From the NCBI GenBank assembly GCA_964461235.1, contig CAYWUV010000025.1, positions 3,901-67,900 on the forward strand: a stretch of 64,000 bases of DNA, in the 5' to 3' direction. Position 1 is the first letter of the stretch, and every line of letters begins with the position of its first letter. The DNA comes from an uncultured Bryobacterales bacterium (GTDB lineage: Bacteria > Acidobacteriota > Terriglobia > Bryobacterales > UBA6623). Shown here piece after piece: positions 25,323-35,931 of the stretch. Below the pieces are notes generated by a model. That model ran no database searches and was not told the origin of the DNA. It saw nothing but the letters and a program-made list of their open reading frames with translations. Position numbers and translations under genes: made by a program.

Positions 25323-27851
25323 ATGAGGGGCACCACGAATAGCAGTCGAATCCCGTCCTGCGGACCCCATGCCTCAGTGGCCTTCCGATGCGCTTGGAGT
25401 CGGCTCCTAACGCTAGTCGCCGTCGTTAGTTTCGCGTCACCCGCATTTGGAGCAGACGACCCCTTCCAGTCCGAAATCCAGCCGATCTTGACTCAGCACT
25501 GCTTTGCATGCCACGGTCCGGACACCCAACTCAGCGGACTTGACTTGAGCACACTCGAGGGACTGCTCTCGGGGGGTGCCCGGCACGGTCCCGCCATAGT
25601 CCCCGGCCATCCCGAGCAAAGCGTACTGATCCGGGCACTTGAAGGACAGTTGACTCCCAGCATGCCTATGGGTTCGGCTCGCTTGCCGGACGGCAAGATC
25701 GGGGCAATAGCGAAGTGGATCGAGCAGTTCAGCCCGACACAAGAACACATCGATGCCAATGCTTGGAGCCCGTTCCGGGCAAACGGCCGACCGGACCCGC
25801 CGGACGTCTCGCGCGAGTCATGGATCCGCAATCCCATCGACCGATTCATCCTTGCCCGTCTGGAGGCGCAGGGCCTCGATCCCGCGCCCGAAGCCGACCG
25901 GCGCCTCCTCATGCGACGGCTCTACTTCAACCTGATTGGAGAGCCTCCGACTCCCGGAGAGGCCGAGGCCTTTTTGTCCAATATGGATGCCGGAGCCTAC
26001 AACCGGCTCGTGGACAGATTGCTCGGAGACCCGCGCTACGGGGAGCGCTGGGGCCGCCACTGGCTGGACGTCACAAGGTACGCGGACACCACGGGGGGCG
26101 AAGCGAATCGGGAGATGTATCACATATGGCGCTACCGCGACTATGTGATCGACGCCTTCAACAGGGACAAGCCGTATGACGAATTCGTCAAGGAGCAACT
26201 CGCGGCGGACGAATTTGCCCCCACGGATCCGGACAGACGGGTTGCGACCGCGTTCCTGCGACTCGGAGCGCCTCCTCAGAGCCAGATTCGACGGGTGGCG
26301 CGCCAGCAGCACCTAAACGAAGTTACGGGAACCGTGGGCTCCGTGTTCCTCGGACTGAGCGTCAGTTGCGCCCAGTGCCATGACCATAAGTACGACCCGA
26401 TCCCCACAAAGGACTTCTATCGGTTCCAGGCGTTCTTCCTGCCAATCGAGAACACCAACGTGGATGCAGAATTCACGCAGGACACCACTCAAGAACTGGC
26501 AGCCCGCGGGCGCGAGGCTGCCGAGCGGAGACTGAACCGAGCCCGCGAGTCCTACGAGACGTATGAGAACCAACTGCTCGCCAAGTTCCGTACCGTACTG
26601 AAGGAAGAAGGTGAGGACCCGTCATCCGCCACCGCCGCGGCATTGCGCGCAAGATTGACGGACGCTGTCGCGAACGGCGTGGTCCCTCGGGACGAACCGT
26701 CGTTCTCGATGGCTGAGAAGGTCGAGTACATTCGCCGTCTTAGCTTTGTTGACGGCTTCCGCGGTGGACGGGACATGGGGGTGTACCGACGCCAAGTGGA
26801 ACGCCATCTCCCCAAGATCCACACGGTCGAAAACGCGAGGGAATCCCCTTACAGCGCTGGATTGCCAGTGCAGTTCGTGCGCGTTCGGGGAGAGGTTGAC
26901 AACCTGGGCGAACGTGTATTGCCGGGTTTCCCGAGCGCGTTGACGGGAACGGACGACCCCGCTCCAATGCCGCTTGACTCGCTGGGCAATATCAACCGAT
27001 GGCGGCTGCCCCTCGCCACATGGATCGCCAGTCCGGAAAATCCATTGACGGCCCGTGTGATGGTGAATCGCATCTGGCAGTGGCACTTCGGGCGGGGTAT
27101 TGTTGCCACACCCAGCAATTTCGGGGCGAACGGCATCCGCCCGTCACATCCAGCTCTGCTGGACTGGTTGGCCAGCGAGTTCGTGGCGAGCGGCTGGAGC
27201 GTGAAGGCCGTACACCGATTGATCCTCAATTCCGCAACGTACCGCCAGAGCTCGGTCAGATTCTCTAGACGGGCAAGCGAGATCGATCCGTCGAACACCC
27301 TGCTGTCACGGATGCCGAGCCGCCGTCTTGAAGGAGAGGTCATCCGCGATAGCATCCTCGCAGTCAGCGGACGCCTCAATCGTGCGCGGGGAGGGCCCGG
27401 CGTGTATCCCCGCCTGCCCGAAGCGATGAAGGACCAGATGCTGGTCAAGAACTGGCCTGCCTGGGAACCGAGCAGTGGACCGGACTCCAGAAAGAAGTCC
27501 GTCTACGTCTTCCAGCGTCGCCAGTTGGCCCTGCCCCTCCTGGAGATGCTGGATGCACCGGTCCCGCAAGTCTCTTTGGAGGAGCGCAGGATATCGACAA
27601 CGGCCATTCAGTCTCTGGCCATGCTGAACGGCCGACTCGTCGCCGAGGAATCGCAACACTTCGCGGCTCGCTTGGAAAAGGAAGCCGGACAGGACTCGCA
27701 GGATCAGGTCAGGCTCGCTTTTCGTCTCGCATTCTCGAGAGAGCCCTCCGAAGCCGAACTTCATCGATATAATGACTTCGCCGACAGCGAAGGGCTAACG
27801 GCAGTTTGCCGCGTTCTGTTCAACGCCAACGAGTTCGTCCATGTTGATTGA
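25323..27851 (+). CDS. PSD1-type protein (PSCyt CxxCH + DUF1549 + DUF1553)
   Basis: 842 aa. QPILTQHCFACHG (planctomycete cytochrome-c-like), RHWLDVTRYADT, CAQCHDHKYDPI (DUF1549), NRIWQWHFGRGIV and C-terminal LFNANEFVHVD (DUF1553). Confidence 0.85.
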   Translation: MRGTTNSSRIPSCGPHASVAFRCAWSRLLTLVAVVSFASPAFGADDPFQSEIQPILTQHCFACHGPDTQLSGLDLSTLEGLLSGGARHGPAIVPGHPEQSVLIRALEGQLTPSMPMGSARLPDGKIGAIAKWIEQFSPTQEHIDANAWSPFRANGRPDPPDVSRESWIRNPIDRFILARLEAQGLDPAPEADRRLLMRRLYFNLIGEPPTPGEAEAFLSNMDAGAYNRLVDRLLGDPRYGERWGRHWLDVTRYADTTGGEANREMYHIWRYRDYVIDAFNRDKPYDEFVKEQLAADEFAPTDPDRRVATAFLRLGAPPQSQIRRVARQQHLNEVTGTVGSVFLGLSVSCAQCHDHKYDPIPTKDFYRFQAFFLPIENTNVDAEFTQDTTQELAARGREAAERRLNRARESYETYENQLLAKFRTVLKEEGEDPSSATAAALRARLTDAVANGVVPRDEPSFSMAEKVEYIRRLSFVDGFRGGRDMGVYRRQVERHLPKIHTVENARESPYSAGLPVQFVRVRGEVDNLGERVLPGFPSALTGTDDPAPMPLDSLGNINRWRLPLATWIASPENPLTARVMVNRIWQWHFGRGIVATPSNFGANGIRPSHPALLDWLASEFVASGWSVKAVHRLILNSATYRQSSVRFSRRASEIDPSNTLLSRMPSRRLEGEVIRDSILAVSGRLNRARGGPGVYPRLPEAMKDQMLVKNWPAWEPSSGPDSRKKSVYVFQRRQLALPLLEMLDAPVPQVSLEERRISTTAIQSLAMLNGRLVAEESQHFAARLEKEAGQDSQDQVRLAFRLAFSREPSEAELHRYNDFADSEGLTAVCRVLFNANEFVHVD

Positions 27852-29286
27852 CCTCCAGACCGGCAAGCTCACCTCCCGGCGGCAGATGCTGCTGCAGAGC
27901 TTCAACGGCCTCGGGGGTCTCGCTCTCGCGTCGCTGTTATCGGAAGACTCCCGGGCATCGACCCAAACAGGCAGGCCCGCACCCCATCACCCGCCAAAGG
28001 CCAAGAACTGCATTTTCCTGTTCATGTCGGGCGGCGTCAGCCAGGTCGACACCTTCGAGAACAAACCGGCACTGAAGAAGATCGACGGCCAGCGCATGCC
28101 CGTGCTTCCCGGCCTGGCGACGCAGTTGGATGCGTATGTTCGGTCCGACGTCGTCGCAGTGGGCAGCCCGTTCGAGTTCCTGCGATATGGCGGTTCGGGC
28201 CGTGAGATGTCGACCATGTTCGGCAATCTTGGCGGCGTCGCTGATGAACTGGCCTTCGTCCACGGCATCGAAGTCGAGTCGCCGTTGCATTCGGCAGCCA
28301 CGTTGCATGTGACGACCGGCTCGGTCTTCGCAGGCAATCCGTCCGTCGGGGCGTGGGTCGCTTACGGCTTGGGGAGCGAGAACGAAAACCTGCCCGGCTA
28401 CATGGTCCTGCACGACAGGCGCGGCGGTCCGGTCAACGGCTCGGCCGTGTGGCAGAGCGGCTACCTGCCCGCTTCGTACCAAGGGACGCTGCTGCGGTCC
28501 TCGGGTCCACCGATCCTGAACCTGGAATCGCGGCCGGGAGAGTCGACTGAGCGTTCGCGGCGCGAATTCGACCTGCTCCGCTGGACGAACGAGCGCCATG
28601 CGGCCGAGCGGCGTTCAACCGACACGCTGGAGGCTCGCATTGCCGCGTACGAGCTGGCGTACCGGATGCAGACTCACGCTCCGGGGATCGTAGACTTGTC
28701 CGACGAGCCCGCTTCGGTCCGCAACCTCTATGGTCTGGACAACCCGGTCACGGAACCGTTTGGGAGGCAGTGTCTGCTCGCCCGGAGGCTGATCGAGCGA
28801 GGAGTCCGGTACTCCCTGCTGGTCCATGGCTGGGAGAACGGCGTATACAGCTGGGACCATCACAAGGAAATCAGCGATTGGCTGCCCGCCCGGGCACAGG
28901 AAGTGGACCTGCCGATCGCGGGCCTGATCCAGGACCTCAAATCCCGAGGGCTGCTTGACGAGACACTCCTGGTCTTCACCACGGAGATGAGCCGGACCCC
29001 GTTCATTGCCCGGAAGGCATACGGGGCCCGGGTCGGGCGCGACCACCATCGACACTCGATGGTGACTTGGTTCGCCGGAGCGGGAGTCAAGGGGGGCTCC
29101 ACAGTTGGAGCCACCGACGAGTTCAGCCTCAGCTGCGCGGACGAACCGATCCACGTGCGCGATATTCACGCCACGATCCTGCACTTGATGGGTCTGGATT
29201 CGGATGCGCTGACCTATCTCCACGAGGGACGGCACAAGCGCCTCACGGATACTGGCGGACGGGTACTCAAGGAAATCCTTGCCTGA
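27841..29286 (+). CDS. DUF1501 domain protein (sulfatase-fold, Tat-type signal)
   Basis: 481 aa. SRRQMLLQSFNGLGGLALASLL, FLFMSGGVSQVDTF, TTEMSRTP, VGRDHH. 11-nt overlap with the PSD1 gene. Confidence 0.9.
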   Translation: MLIDLQTGKLTSRRQMLLQSFNGLGGLALASLLSEDSRASTQTGRPAPHHPPKAKNCIFLFMSGGVSQVDTFENKPALKKIDGQRMPVLPGLATQLDAYVRSDVVAVGSPFEFLRYGGSGREMSTMFGNLGGVADELAFVHGIEVESPLHSAATLHVTTGSVFAGNPSVGAWVAYGLGSENENLPGYMVLHDRRGGPVNGSAVWQSGYLPASYQGTLLRSSGPPILNLESRPGESTERSRREFDLLRWTNERHAAERRSTDTLEARIAAYELAYRMQTHAPGIVDLSDEPASVRNLYGLDNPVTEPFGRQCLLARRLIERGVRYSLLVHGWENGVYSWDHHKEISDWLPARAQEVDLPIAGLIQDLKSRGLLDETLLVFTTEMSRTPFIARKAYGARVGRDHHRHSMVTWFAGAGVKGGSTVGATDEFSLSCADEPIHVRDIHATILHLMGLDSDALTYLHEGRHKRLTDTGGRVLKEILA

Positions 29287-29345
29287 CCGACCAGACACGT
29301 CGCAGTAGCCTCGTCATTGCCCCAGGCTCCTTGCGGATGCGCCAT

Positions 29346-29366
29346 CCAGCGCCGGTTCGGCGCTGG
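29346..29366. terminator. GC-rich hairpin between convergent genes
   Basis: CCAGCGCCG-GTT-CGGCGCTGG, a perfect 9-bp stem between the DUF1501 stop (29286) and the PhoD stop (29487). No U-tract. Confidence 0.35.
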
Positions 29367-29486
29367 AACTTGGCTGGCATTTGAGGACCCGGGATTGCAG
29401 CAAATGCCCCGTGTGCTCTGGTTCACCCCAGATCTTCAGGTTTGGCGGCCGCGCTGGTGTCGGCCCGTGTGGCTGGGCTCCTCGGC

Positions 29487-31376
29487 TCAGTCTTCAGCAA
29501 GGATTGATTCGGCGTACAGCAGTTCCCCGGTCAGCCCGCTGTAGTACTGAAAAACAACCTGAGGCTTTGGATATGCCACCCAGCGCTCCCTTCCCTGCCT
29601 TGTGGGACTCCGGATCACGTTGTTGACCTGTACAACGCAATACACGGGCAGGTGCCTCGGGGTGACTTCGTCGAGGAAATAGGTCGACCAACGAATCTCG
29701 CATTCCCGGCCTCGCGACTCGAAGGTTCCGTTCGGAGGACGGCCACCCTCCGACGACACAGGGTGATTGCCAGAATTATGGGGCCCGGACGCGAACTCCC
29801 ATACCGAGTCGGTGATCTTGATGGCAAAGCTGTTGTGGAGATCCCCGGTCAGCACGAAAACCGGCTTGCCGAGGGTGTCCCAATAATCAATCAACTCCTC
29901 CCGCTCGCGGGGAACGGCTGTCCACGCCTCGTCCTTGTTCGCACCAGCAGCTCCCGGTCCGACGTGCGGAACCATGAAGTTGACAGAAGAAACAATGAAA
30001 AAGAAGTCCGCGTCGCTCGTACGCATCCCCTCCAACAGCCACCGCTTCTGCTTCTCTCCGAGCAGGGACACCCCCTCTTTCCAAGGGTCGTCCCTGTCAT
30101 GCAGTTGGCGATGTGACCTGGTGTCGAGCACGAAGAAGTCTGCATTGCTCACGCGCATTCGGTAGTAGGACAACCGCCCTACCGAGTAACTGACCTCCCC
30201 ATCCGTCTTCGCAGCTGGCCGGATTCGCAAACGCTGTCGGTCGATGATCTCCTCGATTGCGTAGACGCCCGCATTGGGCTCCCCTCCCTCGCGGTCCAAG
30301 TGATTGATGTCGTCACGGAGATAGAAGTTGACACCTGCGGTCCTCCCTCCCCAGTGCACGTGGAGGTTGGAGGCCTCCGCCAGATCGAGCTCTGAGAAAT
30401 CCGCAGCTGCGTCGGTGAGGATGTCGCTTCCGGCCTCGAGCGTCGCGCGCCCGAAATGGATCGGCTGCGCGTTGTGGACGGGGTTGCTCCAGCCGAGGTA
30501 GTCGTACCAAGCCTGCACTCCGATATCGCGGAACACCGCACGGCGGCTTCGCAGGCCGACCGTTCCCGCACCATTCACGTCTCCCAGGATTTCGTGGTCA
30601 TCGAACGTGAAGAAAGACGGAACCTCCTTGTGCCATTCGGTCATGGCCTTCCCGCGATCGAGATAGAGCTTGTAGTTCTCCCAAACCCCGACGATTGTGG
30701 GTGCGATCTGCAGCAGCCGGGGAAGCGCCTCCCGACGTGCCCCCTGGGTCGCCGCCCATCGGTCGAGCGGATAGTCCCTTCGCTCCTCGTAGAGCCAATC
30801 CCCGTTCTGGATGGCAAAGTAGATCCTGTCCTTGAGCTGGCGGAGCATCGTGGCGAATGTCGGGAGGTCCCGATTGGCTGGCTGGTTGTTTCCGCACGCA
30901 AACTCGAAGCTGAAGTTGAAGAGTCCTTCAGGGTTGTAATCGGGGTCCCGTACATCAGCCGGATGCGGAAGTGTCTTGAACGAGTGAACACTTGATTGGA
31001 GCTGGCCCGTATCCGGCACGACAAGTCGGTAGAAGTACTTCGTATCTGGTCGGAGACCGTCAAGCTCCACCCACCCCGTGTTGTCCTGCTCCAACTTCGG
31101 GGAGGCCACGGCAGAGAGTTGGTCAAGATTCTCCGAGTCCTGTCCATACGCAACCTGAAACGGCTTGGAGTCAGCTGTTCTCGCCCAAACACCGACGCCG
31201 TGGGCGCTGAGTCTCCCGAGGATAGGACCGTGCGTTACCCACAAGGTCTCCTGGCTACTCGCAGCCACTGTCAGGAGGAGGACCAATAGAGCGGATCGGA
31301 TGGCTCGTTGTTTTCGCTGCGCCACAGGCAAGCTCCCGTGGCCTAGGGTACTGCCTTTCGGTATCTGGCGGGCCAT
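29487..31376 (-). CDS. PhoD-like alkaline phosphatase/phosphodiesterase
   Basis: 629 aa. Signal region, then PhoD N-domain (THGPILGRLSAHGVGVWART..FQVAYG) and metallophosphatase motifs (FACGNNQ, FTFDDHEI, VLTGDLHNSFA). Confidence 0.8.
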   Translation of the reverse strand: MARQIPKGSTLGHGSLPVAQRKQRAIRSALLVLLLTVAASSQETLWVTHGPILGRLSAHGVGVWARTADSKPFQVAYGQDSENLDQLSAVASPKLEQDNTGWVELDGLRPDTKYFYRLVVPDTGQLQSSVHSFKTLPHPADVRDPDYNPEGLFNFSFEFACGNNQPANRDLPTFATMLRQLKDRIYFAIQNGDWLYEERRDYPLDRWAATQGARREALPRLLQIAPTIVGVWENYKLYLDRGKAMTEWHKEVPSFFTFDDHEILGDVNGAGTVGLRSRRAVFRDIGVQAWYDYLGWSNPVHNAQPIHFGRATLEAGSDILTDAAADFSELDLAEASNLHVHWGGRTAGVNFYLRDDINHLDREGGEPNAGVYAIEEIIDRQRLRIRPAAKTDGEVSYSVGRLSYYRMRVSNADFFVLDTRSHRQLHDRDDPWKEGVSLLGEKQKRWLLEGMRTSDADFFFIVSSVNFMVPHVGPGAAGANKDEAWTAVPREREELIDYWDTLGKPVFVLTGDLHNSFAIKITDSVWEFASGPHNSGNHPVSSEGGRPPNGTFESRGRECEIRWSTYFLDEVTPRHLPVYCVVQVNNVIRSPTRQGRERWVAYPKPQVVFQYYSGLTGELLYAESILAED

Positions 31377-31450
31377 AGGGGTCTCGTATCGGCCAGGACC
31401 GGGAATACAGGTCCAATGAAGTCGCCTGTCCGTGCTTCGAATTGACCCGG

Positions 31451-32434
31451 TTAGGGCTGCGGTCTGTTGGTGAATCGCCTGCCTCTCTCGGCCGCTTCCC
31501 GGCTGCGCGTCGCTCCGATTCGCGTGCCTTCGCGAAGGCGTTCTTCAACGTTCTCGGGAGTCACAACATCAAGGAAAGCAATCCCGGCCGCCTTGGTCGC
31601 GTTGAGCACGCGTTGGCGGGCCTGCTCGACTACTGGCAGATACGGTGGGTCGTGGATCTCCGGATGACCGAGAGAGAGCCCCATGTCGCCGGGACCCCAT
31701 TCTGCGTAGCCGACACCTGGCACGCTTGCCGACTCTTCGGCAACAGCCAGCGCATACTTGTCCTCGATCTTCAGTCCGATCAGGATCTCTCCTTCCGGGT
31801 TCAATGGCCAGACATCCGCGCGGCGCATGTACTCCTGAGGCGAAACTCCCCAGATTTGCGCCGCATTGGCTTGACCTCCGTTACCGCGCAAACCTTCCTC
31901 GAGGGGGCCTCCGTCTACGCCTCGTCGGTGATGAGGAAAGCGCGCCGCCCGTACGAACTCCCGAACGGCCCCTGGATCGCGTGCGTGACAGAGAGTGATG
32001 CCGTGGACACCGGTGGCAAGAATCTGCTGTACGACCCAGTGATTCGCGCGCACCGTCGTGACGTCGTACCCGCTAAACGGTACGACGACTTGCACGGCCG
32101 GCGTACGGTGTCCGCTGCGAGTCGGTCCGCCTTGAACCAGCCCGGCCATGAATTCGCGTAGCTCGGTCACATCGTAAGGGCCGAACTCCATCTCGTAGAT
32201 GATCAGGTCCGCCCAGGTCTGCGCCAGGCGCAGGCCTTCCTTGAACCCGCCTTGGCTACCACCGCGGCCCTCGGTGAAGTAGTAGATCGGCTGATCTTGA
32301 CTTAGCAGCTCGATCGCCTTGTTGATCCGGGCCGGCTTCGCATCGGGGGCTTCGTCCGCCGCGAATAAGAAAGCCGCGCCAGCCACAAGCGCCACCGCGC
32401 AGCCACGCCGTAGGGTCAAAGTCGCTCTTCTCAT
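31451..32434 (-). CDS. HpcH/HpaI aldolase/citrate-lyase family protein with an N-terminal signal-like segment
   Basis: DLIIYEMEFGPYD, GVHGITLCHARD, GLKIEDKYA, GYAEWGPGDMGLSLG. Proposed start at the ATG at 32434 gives MRRATLTLRRGCAVALVAGAAFLFAADEA. Confidence 0.75.
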   Translation of the reverse strand: MRRATLTLRRGCAVALVAGAAFLFAADEAPDAKPARINKAIELLSQDQPIYYFTEGRGGSQGGFKEGLRLAQTWADLIIYEMEFGPYDVTELREFMAGLVQGGPTRSGHRTPAVQVVVPFSGYDVTTVRANHWVVQQILATGVHGITLCHARDPGAVREFVRAARFPHHRRGVDGGPLEEGLRGNGGQANAAQIWGVSPQEYMRRADVWPLNPEGEILIGLKIEDKYALAVAEESASVPGVGYAEWGPGDMGLSLGHPEIHDPPYLPVVEQARQRVLNATKAAGIAFLDVVTPENVEERLREGTRIGATRSREAAERGRRFTNRPQP

Positions 32435-32827
32435 CGTCCATGGCTCCATAAGTTCCCGAATCACTCCCAAGGGATCCTCGCCTAGAACCCCCATGCGCGC
32501 TCCTCGTCACAGTGCAATCGCGGAAGCACCGTGGTGACTTAACTGTAGCCGCTTGCTCCCTTGGTGTCGCGTCGCACCAGTGCCCCCCATCGAAGTCGGG
32601 TCTAGCAGGGGACGCGGTGTTCTCCTGCGCTGGTGCCGATCACGTGGAGCTTGAACGGGCCTTCCAAATCGAAGAAGGCGACGCCCCTTGGGAGTCCCCC
32701 CAGTCAAGCGCTGCGCGCCACAAGCCAACGTGCCCGTGAGGCGATCGTTGCGCGTTACGGCTCCCGAGCCACGCAATCATCGCTGTACCATAGAGCCGGA
32801 CTCGGCTCGGCCCCAACCAAGCCGCCA

Positions 32828-34165
32828 ATGGGATCCATGGAAAACAGAATCAACCGACGAACATTCGTGGGCGCCGCCGCCGCTCTTGCCGCCGCCGAGA
32901 CCCGGGCCGCGGAGACGCCAGTCCGCGTGGGGATCATCGGCGCCGGTACGCGCGGCACATCTCTGTTGCGCCCGTTGCTTGATCTCCCGGAAGTCGAAGT
33001 CGCGGCGATATGCGATCTCGACGACAATGCGGCGGCGAGAGCTCGCAAGCTCTGCGAGGACGCCAGGAAACCGCCGCCTGCGATCTACGCGCGCGGCCCG
33101 GAGGATTACCGTCGCCTCCTCGACTTGGAAGACCTGGCGGGCGTGATCATCGCCACGCCCTGGGCATGGCACGCGACCATGGCCGTCGCCGCCCTCGAAG
33201 CAGGAACAGGCGCCGCGATCGAGGTCCCTGCGGCCATCACGATCGACGAGTGCTGGCAGCTCGTTGAAACGGCTGAGCGGACGGGCGTGTCCGCGACCAT
33301 GCTCGAGAACTGGGTGTACCGCCGGGAACCGCTGGCGGTGCTGAACATCATGCGTGCCGGACTGCTGGGAGAGATCGTGTACTGCGAATCCGGGTACGGC
33401 CACGATGTGCGGGGTGTCAAGTTCGACTCGCGGTCCGCCGACAAGGGCGACCTGAAGTGGCGCGGCGAGCACTCAGTGACCCGTAACGGGAACCTGTACC
33501 CCACTCACCAGTTCGCCCCTGTCGCGATGTTGATGGACATCAATCACGGGACGCGCATCGAGTCGTTGATCGCAATGGGCGGCGTCTCTCGAGGGATGAA
33601 CCAATACGTCGTGGACCGGTGGGGGCCCGATCACCCGAACGCCGAACGCGTCTACGCCAACTCCGACCGCACCAACGTCCTCTTGCATCTGGAAGACGGC
33701 CGCACGGCACTGAACTTCCACGACACCCACAGCTGGCATCCCCGTGATGACGGACACAAGTACCAGGGAACAAAGGGCATGGTCCGCTGGCCGTTCCCCG
33801 GGGAAGGCTCGATCTGGGTCCAGGAACGGCACTGGGACGGCAAGGCGGTGGACGCCCGTCGGTGGCATTCGCTGAACCCCTTCCTTGACGAGTTCGACCA
33901 TCCCATCTGGAAGATGTACAGCGAGCGGGCGCTACGGTTCGGACACAGCGGAGCGGACTGGATGGAACTCCGCGGATGGACCGAGAGCTTGCGGCACGGG
34001 ACTCCGCCGCCGGTGTCGATCGTTGACGCGGCGACCTGGAGCGCGATCGGACCCTTGAGCGAGCAGTCAATCGCCGGCAAGTCCAAGTCGGTGGAGATGC
34101 CGGATTTTTCCAAGGGCAAGTGGAAGACGAATCCGAAATTCGAGTTGCGTTGGCAGTGGGGATAA
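32828..34165 (+). CDS. Gfo/Idh/MocA-family oxidoreductase with Tat signal (GH109-like)
   Basis: NRRTFVGAAAALAAAETRA, then Rossmann motif VRVGIIGAGTRGT. Start at ATG 32828 or 32837. Confidence 0.8.
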   Translation: MGSMENRINRRTFVGAAAALAAAETRAAETPVRVGIIGAGTRGTSLLRPLLDLPEVEVAAICDLDDNAAARARKLCEDARKPPPAIYARGPEDYRRLLDLEDLAGVIIATPWAWHATMAVAALEAGTGAAIEVPAAITIDECWQLVETAERTGVSATMLENWVYRREPLAVLNIMRAGLLGEIVYCESGYGHDVRGVKFDSRSADKGDLKWRGEHSVTRNGNLYPTHQFAPVAMLMDINHGTRIESLIAMGGVSRGMNQYVVDRWGPDHPNAERVYANSDRTNVLLHLEDGRTALNFHDTHSWHPRDDGHKYQGTKGMVRWPFPGEGSIWVQERHWDGKAVDARRWHSLNPFLDEFDHPIWKMYSERALRFGHSGADWMELRGWTESLRHGTPPPVSIVDAATWSAIGPLSEQSIAGKSKSVEMPDFSKGKWKTNPKFELRWQWG

Positions 34166-34177
34166 AGGGAGAGAGTC

Positions 34178-35572
34178 ATGCCTCAAGCAGTTAAGCGACG
34201 CTCTGTTCTCAGTGCATTCGGAGGGCTGGGAATCCTCGGGAGCTCATCGGCAGCTCAGCGGGCCTTCGCCCAAGCCGGATCGGCGGCCGACCAGAGTGGC
34301 AACCAGAGCCCGCCGAACTTCCTGTTCATCCTTCTTGACAAGTGCCGGCGAGACGCCATCGGCGCATATGGTCGCTCGGACGTCCACACGCCGAACATCG
34401 ATCAACTGGCCGCAGGCGGCATCCGTTTCGACAACTGTTACGCCCCGCAGCCTTTGTGCGCCCCCTGTCGGGCCTCGATTCTCACAGGCAAGTATCCACA
34501 TGAGCACGGGATGCGCAAGAACCCGTATCCGTTTGTGCCTAACGGTTCGAACAACGTCTACCAGGAGCCCATTCCCGCTCCATTCGCCGACCCGCAATTC
34601 GACCTGTGGGCCAACTTCCCGCACTTTCTCAATAACGCCGGGTACCGCACGGCGCACATTGGCAAGTGGCATCTGGGAGAGGGGAATCCGGGGTTCTTCG
34701 ATGTCTGGAAGAGCTTCAACTCGCTGATCCACCATTGGCTTGGCGAGCCACAAAAGTCACCCTACAGGCCCACCATCCAGACCGACCAGGCCATCGAATT
34801 CATCGAGGAGAATGCTGACCGGCCCTTCTTCCTGTACCAGTCCTATTACTCGCCCCACGAGCCGAACAACCCCCCGAAGAGGTTCCACGAACCCTACGAG
34901 GGCAAGAACGTCGAGCATGAGGAGTACTACGCTTCGGTCACGGCGCTCGATGAAGAGATCGGCCGAATGATTGACGCGTTGCGCCGCAGCAATGTCCTCG
35001 ACAACACGTTCATCATCCTCACTACCGAGCACGGAAGGACATGGATCGATCGCATTGGCACAGTAGCCGGGATGAGCATTTCATACGACGAGGCCGCCCG
35101 CTTGCCGCTGATCATGCACTACCCCAGGGTTCTCCCGGCCGGGGTCGAGTGGCAGTCCGGCGTCAGTTCCGTGGACCTCATGCCGACGATCATGCACGCC
35201 GCCGGTCTCTATGGCAGGCTCGACGAGCAATACGAGGACCGCAGCCTGATCCCCGATCTGCTGAGCGGACAGGACGAATGGAAGCGGGAGATCGTCATCC
35301 AGAACATTGCGCAACGAGGCATCGACGGAATCCTGTTCGAGGAGCGGGCCCTGCGTAGCGAGCGCTGGAAGCTGATCCTTCGCGACTTTGCAGCGAGGCC
35401 CAACAAGCGTGTTGACGAGCTGTACGACATGAGGAATGATCCCGGCGAGACGAAGAACCTGTTCTCGGAGCGACAGGACGTCGTAAAGGAACTTGCCGGG
35501 AGGCTCGCCAAGTGGGGGGACCAGCACGGAGATGCGCTGGCTTTGAAGCTAGGCCGGAGGTACATGGGCTAG
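34178..35572 (+). CDS. S1 sulfatase, secreted
   Basis: Intact 464 aa. Signal region, PNFLFILLDKCRRD, FGly motif LCAPCRASILTG, ILTTEHG, ELYDMRNDPGETKNLF. Confidence 0.9.
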   Translation: MPQAVKRRSVLSAFGGLGILGSSSAAQRAFAQAGSAADQSGNQSPPNFLFILLDKCRRDAIGAYGRSDVHTPNIDQLAAGGIRFDNCYAPQPLCAPCRASILTGKYPHEHGMRKNPYPFVPNGSNNVYQEPIPAPFADPQFDLWANFPHFLNNAGYRTAHIGKWHLGEGNPGFFDVWKSFNSLIHHWLGEPQKSPYRPTIQTDQAIEFIEENADRPFFLYQSYYSPHEPNNPPKRFHEPYEGKNVEHEEYYASVTALDEEIGRMIDALRRSNVLDNTFIILTTEHGRTWIDRIGTVAGMSISYDEAARLPLIMHYPRVLPAGVEWQSGVSSVDLMPTIMHAAGLYGRLDEQYEDRSLIPDLLSGQDEWKREIVIQNIAQRGIDGILFEERALRSERWKLILRDFAARPNKRVDELYDMRNDPGETKNLFSERQDVVKELAGRLAKWGDQHGDALALKLGRRYMG

Positions 35573-35931
35573 AGACCAATGAATCCTCTACCGGCAGCAT
35601 CACTCGCCGGGAGTTCCAAGTAGCCTCCACCTGCCAGAGAGGCAATGGGCGGAGCTTCTCGCAACGGCAGCCGGACCGATTTTGGGTCCGCCCGAAGACA
35701 CCTGTCTCAACCGAGGCCGAGCCCTGCGACTAACGCCGGGGGCATGGTCACGATGATGGGCGATTGCGTCATGGCCGTCGAAGGCGATCCGTGCTTCGAG
35801 TTAACGCACTTGCGTAAGGCCCGATAGCGAATCTCGAGTGGATGTTGAGTCCCGGAGGCCATCAGATTGTCGGCGAACCCGCTAAGGCTCTGTTCCCTGT
35901 GGCTATAATCGCCGCGGTAGGTCAAGGTCCG

